Source: a virus (taxonomy: Duplodnaviria > Caudoviricetes). Taken from it: a stretch of 33,401 nucleotides of DNA. The notes beneath the pieces are model-generated. The model was not told the DNA's origin and made no database searches. It was given only the letters and a program-made list of their open reading frames with translations. The position numbers and the translations under genes were made by a program. Where the stretch lies: positions 1 to 33,401 of IMG/VR virus record IMGVR_UViG_3300038316_000268. The stretch is one strand, 5' to 3'. Shown piece after piece: positions 1 to 9,650 of the stretch. The number at the start of each line of letters is the position of its first letter. The stretch's first letter is position 1.

Positions 1-1
1 T

Positions 2-550
2 ATTAAGGCTAACATCGCCCGCTAATTGAACTATTTCGTCTTCAACCTGCTTCAATGTTTTGTCGCTACCTCCTTTATCTACCTTGCTACTTAATGCCTC
101 TGCATTTGTATAGGTAGCAGCTTCTGTTATTATTGTTGTAGTTGAACCGTCAGATTTTGAAAAAGTGGGAACTGGATAAGACACGCCGGATCCGTCGGTT
201 AATAAACGAAGAACTGGGCGCGTACCGTCATAGGCAACGGTAGTTACTTGTTTGCTGTCTTTTCCATCAATACCATCTAGGCCATCTTGACCTTTAACAG
301 ACCCTATATCAACATAATCAAGTACTGATTCAGACCAAACATATAGGTTTTCACCAACTAAATAATTATTGCCGGAAATTCCAGGGCGTGGAAGTAGATC
401 AACAGAAGTAAATAAATCTTTTATGGGCATCCCAGCAAGTATAGAGAGATCCTTAAGTTTCTCAAAATTCCTATTTAATGCACCACGAACCTCCGCACCG
501 GTTCCGCTCTGTCCGTCCCAAGGTTGTATTTGTTCTAATTCTAAAGCCAT
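2..550 (-). CDS. Putative tail fibre/baseplate protein, N-terminal 183 aa (truncated by window edge; not in ORF track)
   Basis: Hand translation from ATG at 550 gives MALELEQIQPWDGQSGTGAEVRGALNRNFEKL...VKGQDGLDGIDGKD..., open to the window edge. It has a short Gly-X-Y stretch and follows the tail genes. Confidence 0.75.
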   Translation of the reverse strand, partial: MALELEQIQPWDGQSGTGAEVRGALNRNFEKLKDLSILAGMPIKDLFTSVDLLPRPGISGNNYLVGENLYVWSESVLDYVDIGSVKGQDGLDGIDGKDSKQVTTVAYDGTRPVLRLLTDGSGVSYPVPTFSKSDGSTTTIITEAATYTNAEALSSKVDKGGSDKTLKQVEDEIVQLAGDVSLN

Positions 551-562
551 ATTTTTAAGTAT

Positions 563-2431
563 TTAGTTATTTAATGATCTTACTTTGAAAAATTCACCCT
601 CAAAAACGTCACCCATACCATTGGAGTCAATTGTTTTTTCAAACTGGTAAGCGATATAATATTCTCCGTGAATAAGAAAAATGTTGGTGATATCTAATTT
701 TTTCATGGGTCTAAAAAAACGGAATCTATATTTCTTCGTCGTATCAATATCCGGTTCCTTCAGGTATATTTCATCATTCAGGTATTGTAACGACAAAGGA
801 TTCAACCCTTCGGGCACTGTCGCCAGCAACGTATGATAGTTATCACCTTCGGGATGAACACCCGATATCGACCGTGTAAACGGTTCGGGCATTCCGTCAA
901 AGGTTTGCGATATTGAAAGCCCGCGCAATACAGTTTGTTTATTCCCTGCATACAAAGCGATCTGCATGACGTTTGATGTGGTTGTTTCTTTCGAAACCAG
1001 CGAAGGATCCTGAACAGCTTGTTCAACAGTAAACTCTACTTTATTATCGTTCAAGAAAACTTCATTGTAAATTGTATTTCTCACTACGGGAACCATTACA
1101 TAAATATAACTGTCCATATTATTGCTCGTCCGGGTGCGGATATAAAATTTCTTCAACTGCATTTCGGCAGGAATAATATCAAGGAACTCATCTATATCAC
1201 GGTTTACACTTCTGTTTATGAGTGCTGGATAATCATTCACTATGAGTGGATTTCCATCTTTTTTTATGAATAAAAGGTGAAAGCTTATCGCTTCGGAATC
1301 GGCATAGTAAAACTTAGAATCTACCCCGGTACTTTTTATGGCCGTTAAAATATTTTGTAGTGAGGCCCCGCTTACACCTACAGAACTGAATGACGTGCGA
1401 ACGATATCATTTATTTTAGCATACTTGTATAAATCCGTATCCGGCAAATTATAATCGATATTTCTCTCCCTGTTCATCACGGGGTCCATGGTTTCTGGTT
1501 CGCCCGTAAAGTCGTCTAAAACTTCCAGTTCAGTGATAATAGGATTTTCATAATTCGTATGATTGTAAACTACATTTACAACTCGGGTAACATCGTTAAA
1601 AATAAATCGGCAGTTTTGCCATATCTGAATTTGCTCAATAAAATACCTCACCGTCCAGTCAGGAAGCATATCGGCAAATTTCAACGAAGTGGAATTATTA
1701 ACGATATAGCAATATTTATAAACCGGATGATTCGCAATATCATTGACGCCTAAAGTAAAGCCAAGCGCTTCGATAACCTTTTTAATGATGGCAGATAAAT
1801 ACGGTTGTGGTCGATAATCTTCCATAGCAAGAGTTAGATTGCCTATTCCGAACATCCCCGATGTATTCACCGGATTTCCATCTAATCCATACGTCAATTT
1901 TAAATTTGTTCCATCCAACACATACGTGTATCGGTTAATAAGATCACCGTAAGACAATTCAAAAAAGAACGGGATTGTCAGTTCGGCATCATAAGCCATC
2001 AGTAGTTGAAAATCAACTTCCGGATAAGTTTTGTCTAAATTGGCAACGATGTTCTGTTTATCAATAGCCGCTGTTCCCAGGTTTAACTCTCTCAGTTTGC
2101 GTTTTTCATCGATAGCATGTGAAAATATACTGTTTTTAAAAAGTAATTGCAGTTTTACCGATTCATCCGAGAACTCCAGAATAACGCATCTACCGTATTT
2201 TACCGACACATCAATGTGCAACCTGCACGGAAGGCTTGAAGCAACATCCATAGTTGAATTAGCACGCTGAAGATAGCCGAATATATATGCGTTTGATGGC
2301 TCCAATAACGAGACATCCACATCAAGCGATGTTTCGCCGATGGGATTTACAAACGGGTTTCCCTCAATAACTTCAGTTGTGAAATTTTCGGGAAGTGTCA
2401 CTTGCTCGTCATTTACCCAAAGTTCAGTCAT
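563..2431 (-). CDS. Putative tail tip/baseplate hub structural protein (622 aa)
   Basis: Long ORF between tail genes and the fibre-like gene. The N-terminus (LWVNDEQVTLP...NPF) resembles Bacteroidota phage tail proteins. Function is positional inference. Confidence 0.6.
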   Translation of the reverse strand: MTELWVNDEQVTLPENFTTEVIEGNPFVNPIGETSLDVDVSLLEPSNAYIFGYLQRANSTMDVASSLPCRLHIDVSVKYGRCVILEFSDESVKLQLLFKNSIFSHAIDEKRKLRELNLGTAAIDKQNIVANLDKTYPEVDFQLLMAYDAELTIPFFFELSYGDLINRYTYVLDGTNLKLTYGLDGNPVNTSGMFGIGNLTLAMEDYRPQPYLSAIIKKVIEALGFTLGVNDIANHPVYKYCYIVNNSTSLKFADMLPDWTVRYFIEQIQIWQNCRFIFNDVTRVVNVVYNHTNYENPIITELEVLDDFTGEPETMDPVMNRERNIDYNLPDTDLYKYAKINDIVRTSFSSVGVSGASLQNILTAIKSTGVDSKFYYADSEAISFHLLFIKKDGNPLIVNDYPALINRSVNRDIDEFLDIIPAEMQLKKFYIRTRTSNNMDSYIYVMVPVVRNTIYNEVFLNDNKVEFTVEQAVQDPSLVSKETTTSNVMQIALYAGNKQTVLRGLSISQTFDGMPEPFTRSISGVHPEGDNYHTLLATVPEGLNPLSLQYLNDEIYLKEPDIDTTKKYRFRFFRPMKKLDITNIFLIHGEYYIAYQFEKTIDSNGMGDVFEGEFFKVRSLNN

Positions 2432-2910
2432 AAATTAAAATCCTTGATGTCAAAACTCACGCTTAATCCGTTCCAGCCACCAAACTCCTGAAATTCGAAT
2501 TCAGTATGGAAAGCTTTTGCCAATTCAGTATCTTCGTTACAGAAATCTCTACCCATCAGCCTGTTCATCAAACGCATTTTTAATAGTGAAGTAAGTCGCT
2601 GCATTGCGTTATAATGATCCAGCTCCTGTTCATCCGTGAATTGTCCGGGATCAATTTTCTCGATCACATAAAACAACATTTTGTTGTCCTCGCTGTAATT
2701 GTCGCTATCCATGATCACTGAATCGATTGATGGCATTTTAAATGCCAGAGAAACACCAGGCTTATCACCCAGTTTTTTCACCAAGTGCTTTTCGGTAGGC
2801 GATACAATTACCCTTTGGATACTGAATCGTTTCGAGTCTGCAGATAATTCGGCATTCACTTCTGTAGCCACTTCACTGAAAAGAATTTTAAGAGATTTAA
2901 TTTCTATCAT
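2428..2910 (-). CDS. Phage structural protein, possible tail terminator/completion protein (160 aa)
   Basis: Overlaps both neighbours. Size and C-terminal GWNGLSVSF strand fit tail-completion proteins (inference). Confidence 0.5.
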   Translation of the reverse strand: MIEIKSLKILFSEVATEVNAELSADSKRFSIQRVIVSPTEKHLVKKLGDKPGVSLAFKMPSIDSVIMDSDNYSEDNKMLFYVIEKIDPGQFTDEQELDHYNAMQRLTSLLKMRLMNRLMGRDFCNEDTELAKAFHTEFEFQEFGGWNGLSVSFDIKDFNL

Positions 2911-3742
2911 TTTTCTTAAGCCGGTCGACGGCGTTTTTATCGTGCAACAGTTTCAATAATATTGGAAACAACATAGTGTCATCCGTTTTATCAGCATTTC
3001 CAAAAGTTCCCGTATCTGCCAATGTGAATACAATACTCATTAGCCCGATGTTAGTAACAGGCTTTGTGTCTTCGTCTATAGCAGATCGCTCAAACAGTGA
3101 TTCAAATGAAACGGTATTACCGTCCATAATAAACTCACCCCCTTCAATCAAGTATCGATTAAAGTTCGCAAACCAGACGTAAATGCCCCATTTCAGGTAT
3201 TCAGGTACTTTTTTCATGTTTTCAGCGTAGTGTTGCACCTGGTGTTTATTAAATTTCTCCCGGTAATTGCCGTCAAACCCCGGATTGCACCATCCTTTTG
3301 TCGGCTTACGGTACAGAACGCCGCAAAGAGCGTCGAGATAAAAGTTTTCGCGTTCTGTGGTGTACTTGTTCATTAGATCAACGGCAAGCCTGTATTCGCC
3401 AAATGTAAGATCATTACCGTGTGGTTGCGGGCCTTTGTATCCATCAATATCCGGAATCAGATTTTCTGTTGTCTCAAATGCAAATTGATAATTTCCGTCA
3501 ACATCCCTGACGAAGATCCATTCCAATTTTTCTGCAACTTCGGTAACCAACTTAAAATATTGAGTCCTTTTATCGAGTGTGAAGAACTGCTTTTCACCCA
3601 GTAACCGGTCGGCAAATTTCTTAAGCACATCGTTAATGGTAATCTTATCTGGCTCCGAATTGTAAACCAACTTTAACAGGTATTCGAAATCGTTTTGTTT
3701 AATTTCTTCCCAGTACTCAGGTATGTTTATGAATTTACCCAC
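2897..3742 (-). CDS. Hypothetical phage protein, possible tail assembly chaperone (281 aa, GTG start)
   Basis: Long ORF in the late operon, predicted helical and acidic. Start codon uncertain. Confidence 0.5.
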   Translation of the reverse strand: MGKFINIPEYWEEIKQNDFEYLLKLVYNSEPDKITINDVLKKFADRLLGEKQFFTLDKRTQYFKLVTEVAEKLEWIFVRDVDGNYQFAFETTENLIPDIDGYKGPQPHGNDLTFGEYRLAVDLMNKYTTERENFYLDALCGVLYRKPTKGWCNPGFDGNYREKFNKHQVQHYAENMKKVPEYLKWGIYVWFANFNRYLIEGGEFIMDGNTVSFESLFERSAIDEDTKPVTNIGLMSIVFTLADTGTFGNADKTDDTMLFPILLKLLHDKNAVDRLKKNDRN

Positions 3743-3745
3743 TTA

Positions 3746-4264
3746 TCAGCGTTTGAATCGTTTATACATAATAAATCCAACAGTTAACAGCAAACAGCCA
3801 ATAACCAACATAATCCAAAACATTTCAAAGCCTTGTACGGGACGTGTGTCAGTTATGGATTTATCGGTAACGGATCGTTCAATTACCGAATCTTTATTGC
3901 TTACCGTAATCGTCTCCAATCCATTTACGGAAACAACAGATCCCTGTCCTCGATAAGTCCGTCCAGTCCCGGTTTGCGACGATATACTTTCTCTGACAAT
4001 CGTTCGTACTCGTCCAATGCTGTCGAGATGAATTGTTTCGCGATCTGTTGTTTCCTGTACGCTGATCGTTTCATCCATATTTGTCTCAGTCTTGATAACC
4101 GTACTTGATGTGTCTGTTTTCGCTGCGTATGTATTCGAAGTTGCCTGCTTGCTTTCTGATTCAACAATATTTCTCTTTGTCTTACAGCCGCCAAGTATAA
4201 TAGCGAAACAAAAGCAGCCAATAACAAGCACAAATACATTTTTATTCTTGTATCCATTCTTCAT
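3746..4264 (-). CDS. Lipoprotein with C-terminal TM helix; candidate unimolecular spanin
   Basis: Basic N-terminus, hydrophobic stretch and lipobox-like ILGG-C; Thr/Ser-rich middle; C-terminal TM (MFWIMLVIGCLLLTVGFIMY) then KRFKR. Lies directly after the putative endolysin. Confidence 0.7.
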   Translation of the reverse strand: MKNGYKNKNVFVLVIGCFCFAIILGGCKTKRNIVESESKQATSNTYAAKTDTSSTVIKTETNMDETISVQETTDRETIHLDSIGRVRTIVRESISSQTGTGRTYRGQGSVVSVNGLETITVSNKDSVIERSVTDKSITDTRPVQGFEMFWIMLVIGCLLLTVGFIMYKRFKR

Positions 4265-4656
4265 ATGATTTCTATTTCAGTTTTTTTACCACTTAATAAT
4301 TTTACCAAATATTCTTCGTAATGTGTTGAATTCATAACCATTCCTTTTACTTTGTTTTCGCCAACCAGAATGCACCCGGAAGTGTTACCCGGGGTATTGC
4401 CCCGATGAATACGGATACCGGTGAAGTAGGGAACTCCAAGCAGCAATGGCAGATTACGTTTGAATTTGGGAGAATAGGTAATACGCACTTCATACTTTCC
4501 GCCAGGAATAGCAGTTTCATGCATTACTTTTTTTTCTATAGGCAGATCTCTCACCTTGTCTTCCAAGGTGTCACAAAAATATTTTCCATCTACATAGAGT
4601 TTACCGATGGTGTATTTTTCGCCTTTGAAAATACGGACTAACAACAGTTTAATCAT
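4261..4656 (-). CDS. DUF5675-like L,D-peptidase-fold protein, putative endolysin
   Basis: Motifs TIGKLY, CDTLE, TAIPxGxY and IRIHRGN...TSGCILVG (His/Cys as in YkuD-like enzymes). Lies between holin-like and spanin-like genes. Confidence 0.8.
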   Translation of the reverse strand: MIKLLLVRIFKGEKYTIGKLYVDGKYFCDTLEDKVRDLPIEKKVMHETAIPGGKYEVRITYSPKFKRNLPLLLGVPYFTGIRIHRGNTPGNTSGCILVGENKVKGMVMNSTHYEEYLVKLLSGKKTEIEII

Positions 4657-5276
4657 TTTGTCAACAAATTATTTTTGAATTCAATAAAAATAGTATCGTA
4701 AGCAGCTCTTATATTTGTTCGTGTGCGACTTTTGTTTTTATCATAAATTTCAGGGAAAGCAGTGTCAGTAATTATATCAATCCAAGTTATGTCTGTATAA
4801 TAATCTACAGAGTGCCCACTATATGTGAAATTGGAAAAATAAAGCCTTCTGTCGTTGTGTAAGTTTGAAATGAACATCCGTAATTTACGGCGAGTTGCCG
4901 TCTCATTCTCAATGTGATTTTCAGACTGAATTCGCTCAATGATCTGAATTACATTTTCAATACTCAATTTGAAGTTATTCTCGGCTATGGCGTATAAAGC
5001 GGTTAATGTACTCAATCGAGCATTTTCAGACACCGGTTGCAAATAATCTTCGAGTCGTTTCAATGTCATGGAGAGCGCTGAGTTGTTTAGCTGATTTTGC
5101 TTTTCCATGTTCTTCGTCATTCGACGATGGGAAACAAAAAAGTAGATAATCATAATTGTGCATAAAATAATTGCGAATGCTGTAATTACAACTAAAGCAC
5201 CGTAATTGGCTATGCTTTCTGCGGTTCGAAGCGCACTTTCAGCTGTTTTTGTGGCCGGGTCAATAATATCGTTCAT
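4653..5276 (-). CDS. Single-TM membrane protein, putative holin
   Basis: One hydrophobic helix (YGALVVITAFAIILCTIMIIYFFV) and a large soluble C-terminal domain. First gene of the lysis cassette. Confidence 0.55.
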   Translation of the reverse strand: MNDIIDPATKTAESALRTAESIANYGALVVITAFAIILCTIMIIYFFVSHRRMTKNMEKQNQLNNSALSMTLKRLEDYLQPVSENARLSTLTALYAIAENNFKLSIENVIQIIERIQSENHIENETATRRKLRMFISNLHNDRRLYFSNFTYSGHSVDYYTDITWIDIITDTAFPEIYDKNKSRTRTNIRAAYDTIFIEFKNNLLTK

Positions 5277-5295
5277 AGTTCGATAATTTTTCCAC

Positions 5296-5331
5296 CAAAA
5301 TTACCCGCTCGGATTTGGAAAAAAAAGGACA
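5296..5331 (-). promoter_or_regulatory. Putative late promoter for lysis/tail-tip operon
   Basis: Minus strand TGTCC-N23-TAATTTTG, matching the Bacteroidota -7 consensus TAnnTTTG. Lies 20 nt upstream of the ATG at 5276. Confidence 0.75.
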
Positions 5332-5333
5332 AC

Positions 5334-5360
5334 AAAAAAACGCCCTAAAGTCGGGCGTTT
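5334..5360 (-). terminator. Intrinsic terminator at end of tape measure gene
   Basis: AAACGCCC-7 nt-GGGCGTTT hairpin followed by a T-run on the minus strand. Confidence 0.7.
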
Positions 5361-8300
5361 CTCATGATCTTATCATACATTTCGTTTCGTTTTCGTGATC
5401 CTCGCGGCCCACTAATTACAGTAAAGGATTCAATTGGTTCATCCAGTTTTTCAGTAAAACGATCAACACTAGCCGTTAAACGATTTAATATTACGTTTAC
5501 CTGATCATCAGCCTTCCGATATGAACCAGGCGACACAGCTCTTAACTGATCCGAAACACCCAAGCGTGCACGTTCCAAAATTTGTGTAGTATTCAACATA
5601 CGGATACTACCGTCTTTTTGGGCTACATCGAAAACATCCAGAAACTTTTTCACGTGTGGATTTCTAACGGCTTCGGCAGTATTTACGAACTCGTTCTTGT
5701 GAACAACACCAGCTTCATCCCGGTCATCCCCTTTATCGGTATATCCACCATCGTAATACCCCTCTTTGGCAGCATCCCTTTGTTGTTTTGCAACGGCAAT
5801 CTGACTTGCGCCAAAGGCAAGGGCGGCTGCAGCTGCAATTCCACCGAGGACAGGCCCGACTACCGGAATACCCGCCATGGCTTTAAAAGCCTCCATGGCA
5901 GCTACTGCGGTGCTGGCAATAACGTTTGCGACGGTAATGATAAACTGTTTATCGGCATATTTGGCGCGAATGGCGTGAAGCTTCTTTTCTTTCTCCTCTT
6001 CTAATTGCTGAACCCGCTGACTGTTATTTCCGGCCGCCTTTATCATTTTATCGTACTTCCGCTCCACGGCCATTTCTTCGGCCTTGTTGAAATTAAGAGC
6101 AGCGTTAACTATATTTCCGGCAGTTTCGGCAATACGCGAAGCCGCAACGCCGTGTTTTTCAAGAAAATCAGTTAACCACTCAATATTCAAATCAAAAAGC
6201 TTTTGAAAAAGATCGGTATGTTCGTCGGAAATATCGTTCAATAATGCCCTTCTGCGATCTTCTAAGTCTTTTTTCCGCTGATCATCTTCTTTTTTACGGG
6301 TTTCATCGGCATCTTTACGAATAGCTTCCAGTTCTTTTTCATTTTCTTTTGCAGCGTCCTGTTCAAATTTGTAACGGCGGTTAACTTCACCGATAAGCAT
6401 ATCGGTAATGGCAATATCAATATTTGTTGAATCAAGACCAAATTGTTCATACAGATTTTTTCGTTTTACTAGTAGATCATGTTCCAGCGAAAACGAATCT
6501 TGATTATATTGTTCTTCGGTAATTTTCTTATCCAGCAATTTCTGTTTCAGCAACAACAATTCTTTCTGATTGAGTGCTTTCAGTTCATCTTCACGTTTCT
6601 TAACCGGATCATCTTCCATCTCCGTAACGGATGTCACTCCAAGAGTTTTATCAAGTTTTCCGCTGTCTGTATTGACTATCTTTTTAGAAACCTCAAGTTC
6701 TTTTTCTTTCTCAGCTACTAATTCACGCTGTTTTTCAATACGCTGAGTAAGCAAATTAAATTGAGCCTGATCGGAAAATCCGGCACTTGTTCCCCAGGAG
6801 GGAATATTGCCATCCTTCAATACACCCGATGGAATTGATTTATTATACAAAGCTGCCTGTTGTGCTTCTAACTCGCCAAGTATTTTTTTTTCACGCTCAA
6901 GCTGCATAGATTTAGAAAACCATGAATCATCATTGATTTGTTTATTGGAATTCAACGTCTGACCGAGTTTAGAGTATGTTTCAATCTGTTGATCAATAGC
7001 TTTAATTTCTTGTTGAATCTGAAATATTTTTCTATCGGCTAAGTTTTTTATTTCGCTGCCACCTTTTGACTTTCTTTCCTGTTGTTCAAGAATTTCAGTC
7101 TCTTTCTCTAACCGTTTAGTGAATAGATCGCCCACTTTATCGGCAACCGCTTTTTGTTTAGCATTTTCTTTAATTGCCTGCGTATACTTGTCAACAGCAA
7201 TGCGAGCAGCATCTGTATTAATATTTTCTAATCTCAAATTTCCCAAATATTCCGGAGATATTTCATTTAAACGGTTAATGGCTTTGATGCGCTCGTTTTT
7301 TGAAATGCTTTCGTTTCTTGCAACGCCCAGCAACATTTCAACTTCACCACGTTCACGTCCTACACTTTCAGCTATTTTTTTATTTATCTCTACCATAGCC
7401 GAAGCCTGATCTGTGAACTTTTTGTTACGGGTAGTCAATTCATAAACAAGAATGCCGATGGCTGTAAGTCCGGCAATAACGGCTCCCCATGGATTTAAAC
7501 TAAGTGTTGCCCAAAGAGCTTTTATACTACGTGTGAATTGGCCAACGTTGCGACTTCCGGCAACATATTGTAAATTTAGCGCAATCATTGAAGCCGTTTC
7601 CCGGATACTGGCAATGGTAAGTTTTATTTTCTCTACCAACGCAAGTTTTGTCCATACGGTTTGTGCTTTTAAACCAATGTTGTAAGCCAATATCAAAGCA
7701 GTCAGTTTGAAAACTATGCCGCCGTATTTATCTAACCAGTTAAAAACTTCAGGCAACACTTTAATTAAATATGTCATTATGCTGGTACTTTTCAGCAATG
7801 CGGGATTTAAACGTTCTCCCAATTCAAGGCGGGCCTCTTTAAATTCTTTTCTGGCCTTTTCCAAACGGGCCATCATGTTCTCATTCTTCACGTTATACTC
7901 CTGGGTGATCGATGTGCCTTCGGCAAAAGCATCATTTGATATCCGTTGCGCTTCATCCACTTTTTCTATATTGGTCGCAAGCGCGGACAGAACACCAACA
8001 GCCCTGGCACCATCCATTCCCATTTCTTGAAATATAGGAACAAGCTGTTTAAATCCACCTTTTTCACTAAGTGAACGTAACACCATTTTAATAGCTGTAT
8101 TCGCATCGGTAGCAAGAATATCAGAAAATTTCTTTACTTCGATACCTGCTATACGGGCATATTTTGCAGGATCACCCATCATAGACATAATGAATTTCTG
8201 CAAAGCTGTTGCCGACATTTCAACAGCCTGTCCTGATTGATCGAGTGCAGAAGCGTAACCCAAAATATTTTGAAGTGAAATACCGGCTTGAGAAGCTACA

Positions 8301-9196
8301 CCACCCAAACGTTGTGTGAAATTAACCAGATAGGCTTCACTTGCCGTACTGCTTTGTCCTAATTCGTTAATGGCTGATCCAACAGACAACATCTGTCCTT
8401 TAAGGTCCATTCTTTCCATTTCTTTGGTGGAAAGTTTAAAGACATCAATTATTTTCCCAATGTTCCGTATAGCTTCTTCGCCCAGATCTTCACCCAGAGC
8501 TACATTAATCTGGTTTCCTGCTTCCACGAAATCAAGCACGTCTTTCTTGCTACTCTTACCCAGCTTTCCGGCATCACGTGCCAACAGGTTTAATTGTTCC
8601 CGACTGGTCCGTGTATCCATCTTCTTGAATTCCTCGTTCAGATTTGTAATCTGGTCACGTGTCATTCCGGTCGTTTTCATGGCATCGGCATAATAGTCGT
8701 CCATTTGTGCAATCTCTTCAGCTATTTTACGGAAACTCATAACAGTTCCGGTGATGGTGGCGACAAAGCCTGCAACAATTGGCAAATATTTATTAAAACC
8801 ATTAGCGAACTTACTTAAAGCGCTTTCTGTTTGCCTAGCATTCCCCCTTAATTCACGTAGTCGATTGTTAACATCATCGAGTTGTTTTCTATATTGCTTG
8901 TAAAGAGGGCTGTCTCCTGGTAATTGATTTAAAATGGCATTTAAATCTTTTTGTCGGTTACGAAGTTCCTTCATTGATAAACCAGTCAATCCTATTTGAT
9001 TGGTCAATTTATCGTATTCAGTCCGAAGCGCTTTCACACGTGCCTCATGAGCCGAAGTATCGGCCCCTGTTTTTTGCATTTTTGTAATTTCACGGTTTAA
9101 TTGGCGGACTTCTTCGTCAATTTCACGCATGCGTTTACGGGCCTGATCGTTCCCGATAACAATTTCCAGTTGTACCCTGTCAATTTTCAAACTCAT
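5345..9196 (-). CDS. Tail tape measure protein (1283 aa)
   Basis: Long Ala/Leu/Lys/Glu-rich coiled-coil protein with a TP901-type minor-tail core (LARDAGKLG, AVEMSATAL), hydrophobic segments and a C-terminal GGYT...AGVVHKNEFV motif. Confidence 0.93.
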   Translation of the reverse strand: MSLKIDRVQLEIVIGNDQARKRMREIDEEVRQLNREITKMQKTGADTSAHEARVKALRTEYDKLTNQIGLTGLSMKELRNRQKDLNAILNQLPGDSPLYKQYRKQLDDVNNRLRELRGNARQTESALSKFANGFNKYLPIVAGFVATITGTVMSFRKIAEEIAQMDDYYADAMKTTGMTRDQITNLNEEFKKMDTRTSREQLNLLARDAGKLGKSSKKDVLDFVEAGNQINVALGEDLGEEAIRNIGKIIDVFKLSTKEMERMDLKGQMLSVGSAINELGQSSTASEAYLVNFTQRLGGVASQAGISLQNILGYASALDQSGQAVEMSATALQKFIMSMMGDPAKYARIAGIEVKKFSDILATDANTAIKMVLRSLSEKGGFKQLVPIFQEMGMDGARAVGVLSALATNIEKVDEAQRISNDAFAEGTSITQEYNVKNENMMARLEKARKEFKEARLELGERLNPALLKSTSIMTYLIKVLPEVFNWLDKYGGIVFKLTALILAYNIGLKAQTVWTKLALVEKIKLTIASIRETASMIALNLQYVAGSRNVGQFTRSIKALWATLSLNPWGAVIAGLTAIGILVYELTTRNKKFTDQASAMVEINKKIAESVGRERGEVEMLLGVARNESISKNERIKAINRLNEISPEYLGNLRLENINTDAARIAVDKYTQAIKENAKQKAVADKVGDLFTKRLEKETEILEQQERKSKGGSEIKNLADRKIFQIQQEIKAIDQQIETYSKLGQTLNSNKQINDDSWFSKSMQLEREKKILGELEAQQAALYNKSIPSGVLKDGNIPSWGTSAGFSDQAQFNLLTQRIEKQRELVAEKEKELEVSKKIVNTDSGKLDKTLGVTSVTEMEDDPVKKREDELKALNQKELLLLKQKLLDKKITEEQYNQDSFSLEHDLLVKRKNLYEQFGLDSTNIDIAITDMLIGEVNRRYKFEQDAAKENEKELEAIRKDADETRKKEDDQRKKDLEDRRRALLNDISDEHTDLFQKLFDLNIEWLTDFLEKHGVAASRIAETAGNIVNAALNFNKAEEMAVERKYDKMIKAAGNNSQRVQQLEEEKEKKLHAIRAKYADKQFIITVANVIASTAVAAMEAFKAMAGIPVVGPVLGGIAAAAALAFGASQIAVAKQQRDAAKEGYYDGGYTDKGDDRDEAGVVHKNEFVNTAEAVRNPHVKKFLDVFDVAQKDGSIRMLNTTQILERARLGVSDQLRAVSPGSYRKADDQVNVILNRLTASVDRFTEKLDEPIESFTVISGPRGSRKRNEMYDKIMRNARL

Positions 9197-9639
9197 ATTT
9201 TCAAATCTATACGGTTGGTAATAATTTTTTTCAGGCGTGCAATTTCCTGATCAGAGAATTCATTCATCAAAACACCGATCAAACGGTTAAGACTTCCGTA
9301 AACATTCCTGCTATACCAATCAGTGTCCTTTGATTTTCTTTGCATGGTATTTTCTTTTATTCCCCAAATATCTCGATTAGTGTTCACATCCATTTTACTC
9401 TTACGTTTGTGTTTTCTGATCTCGATAAACCTTCCGTAATCAAAAAAAGATAAACGTAAACCACGTTTTGTGCCTTTTTTAAAAGTTTCATAATTCAGCA
9501 CATCATGGAGGTCACCTTCATAAATTATGTTTTTTTCTTCAAGTGTATCCTGAAGTAAATCAGCAAGAAACTCTCCGTGTAGACTCAACACTTCTTCCTG
9601 AAATAAAAACTCAATATCTTCTCTCGTCGGATCAACCAT
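9193..9639 (-). CDS. Putative neck/tail-completion protein (148 aa)
   Basis: Basic protein with GDLHDVL and YGRFIE motifs, coupled by ATGA overlap to the tape measure gene. Function inferred. Confidence 0.5.
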   Translation of the reverse strand: MVDPTREDIEFLFQEEVLSLHGEFLADLLQDTLEEKNIIYEGDLHDVLNYETFKKGTKRGLRLSFFDYGRFIEIRKHKRKSKMDVNTNRDIWGIKENTMQRKSKDTDWYSRNVYGSLNRLIGVLMNEFSDQEIARLKKIITNRIDLKI

Positions 9640-9650
9640 ACTTAATTTCT

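Noticed and set aside
3925-4257. Nested 110-aa ORF with a hydrophobic N-terminus as an embedded Rz/Rz1-type partner
   Set aside because: It lacks a clear lipobox, and the host ORF already has both a lipobox-like site and a C-terminal TM. Not fully excluded without conservation data.
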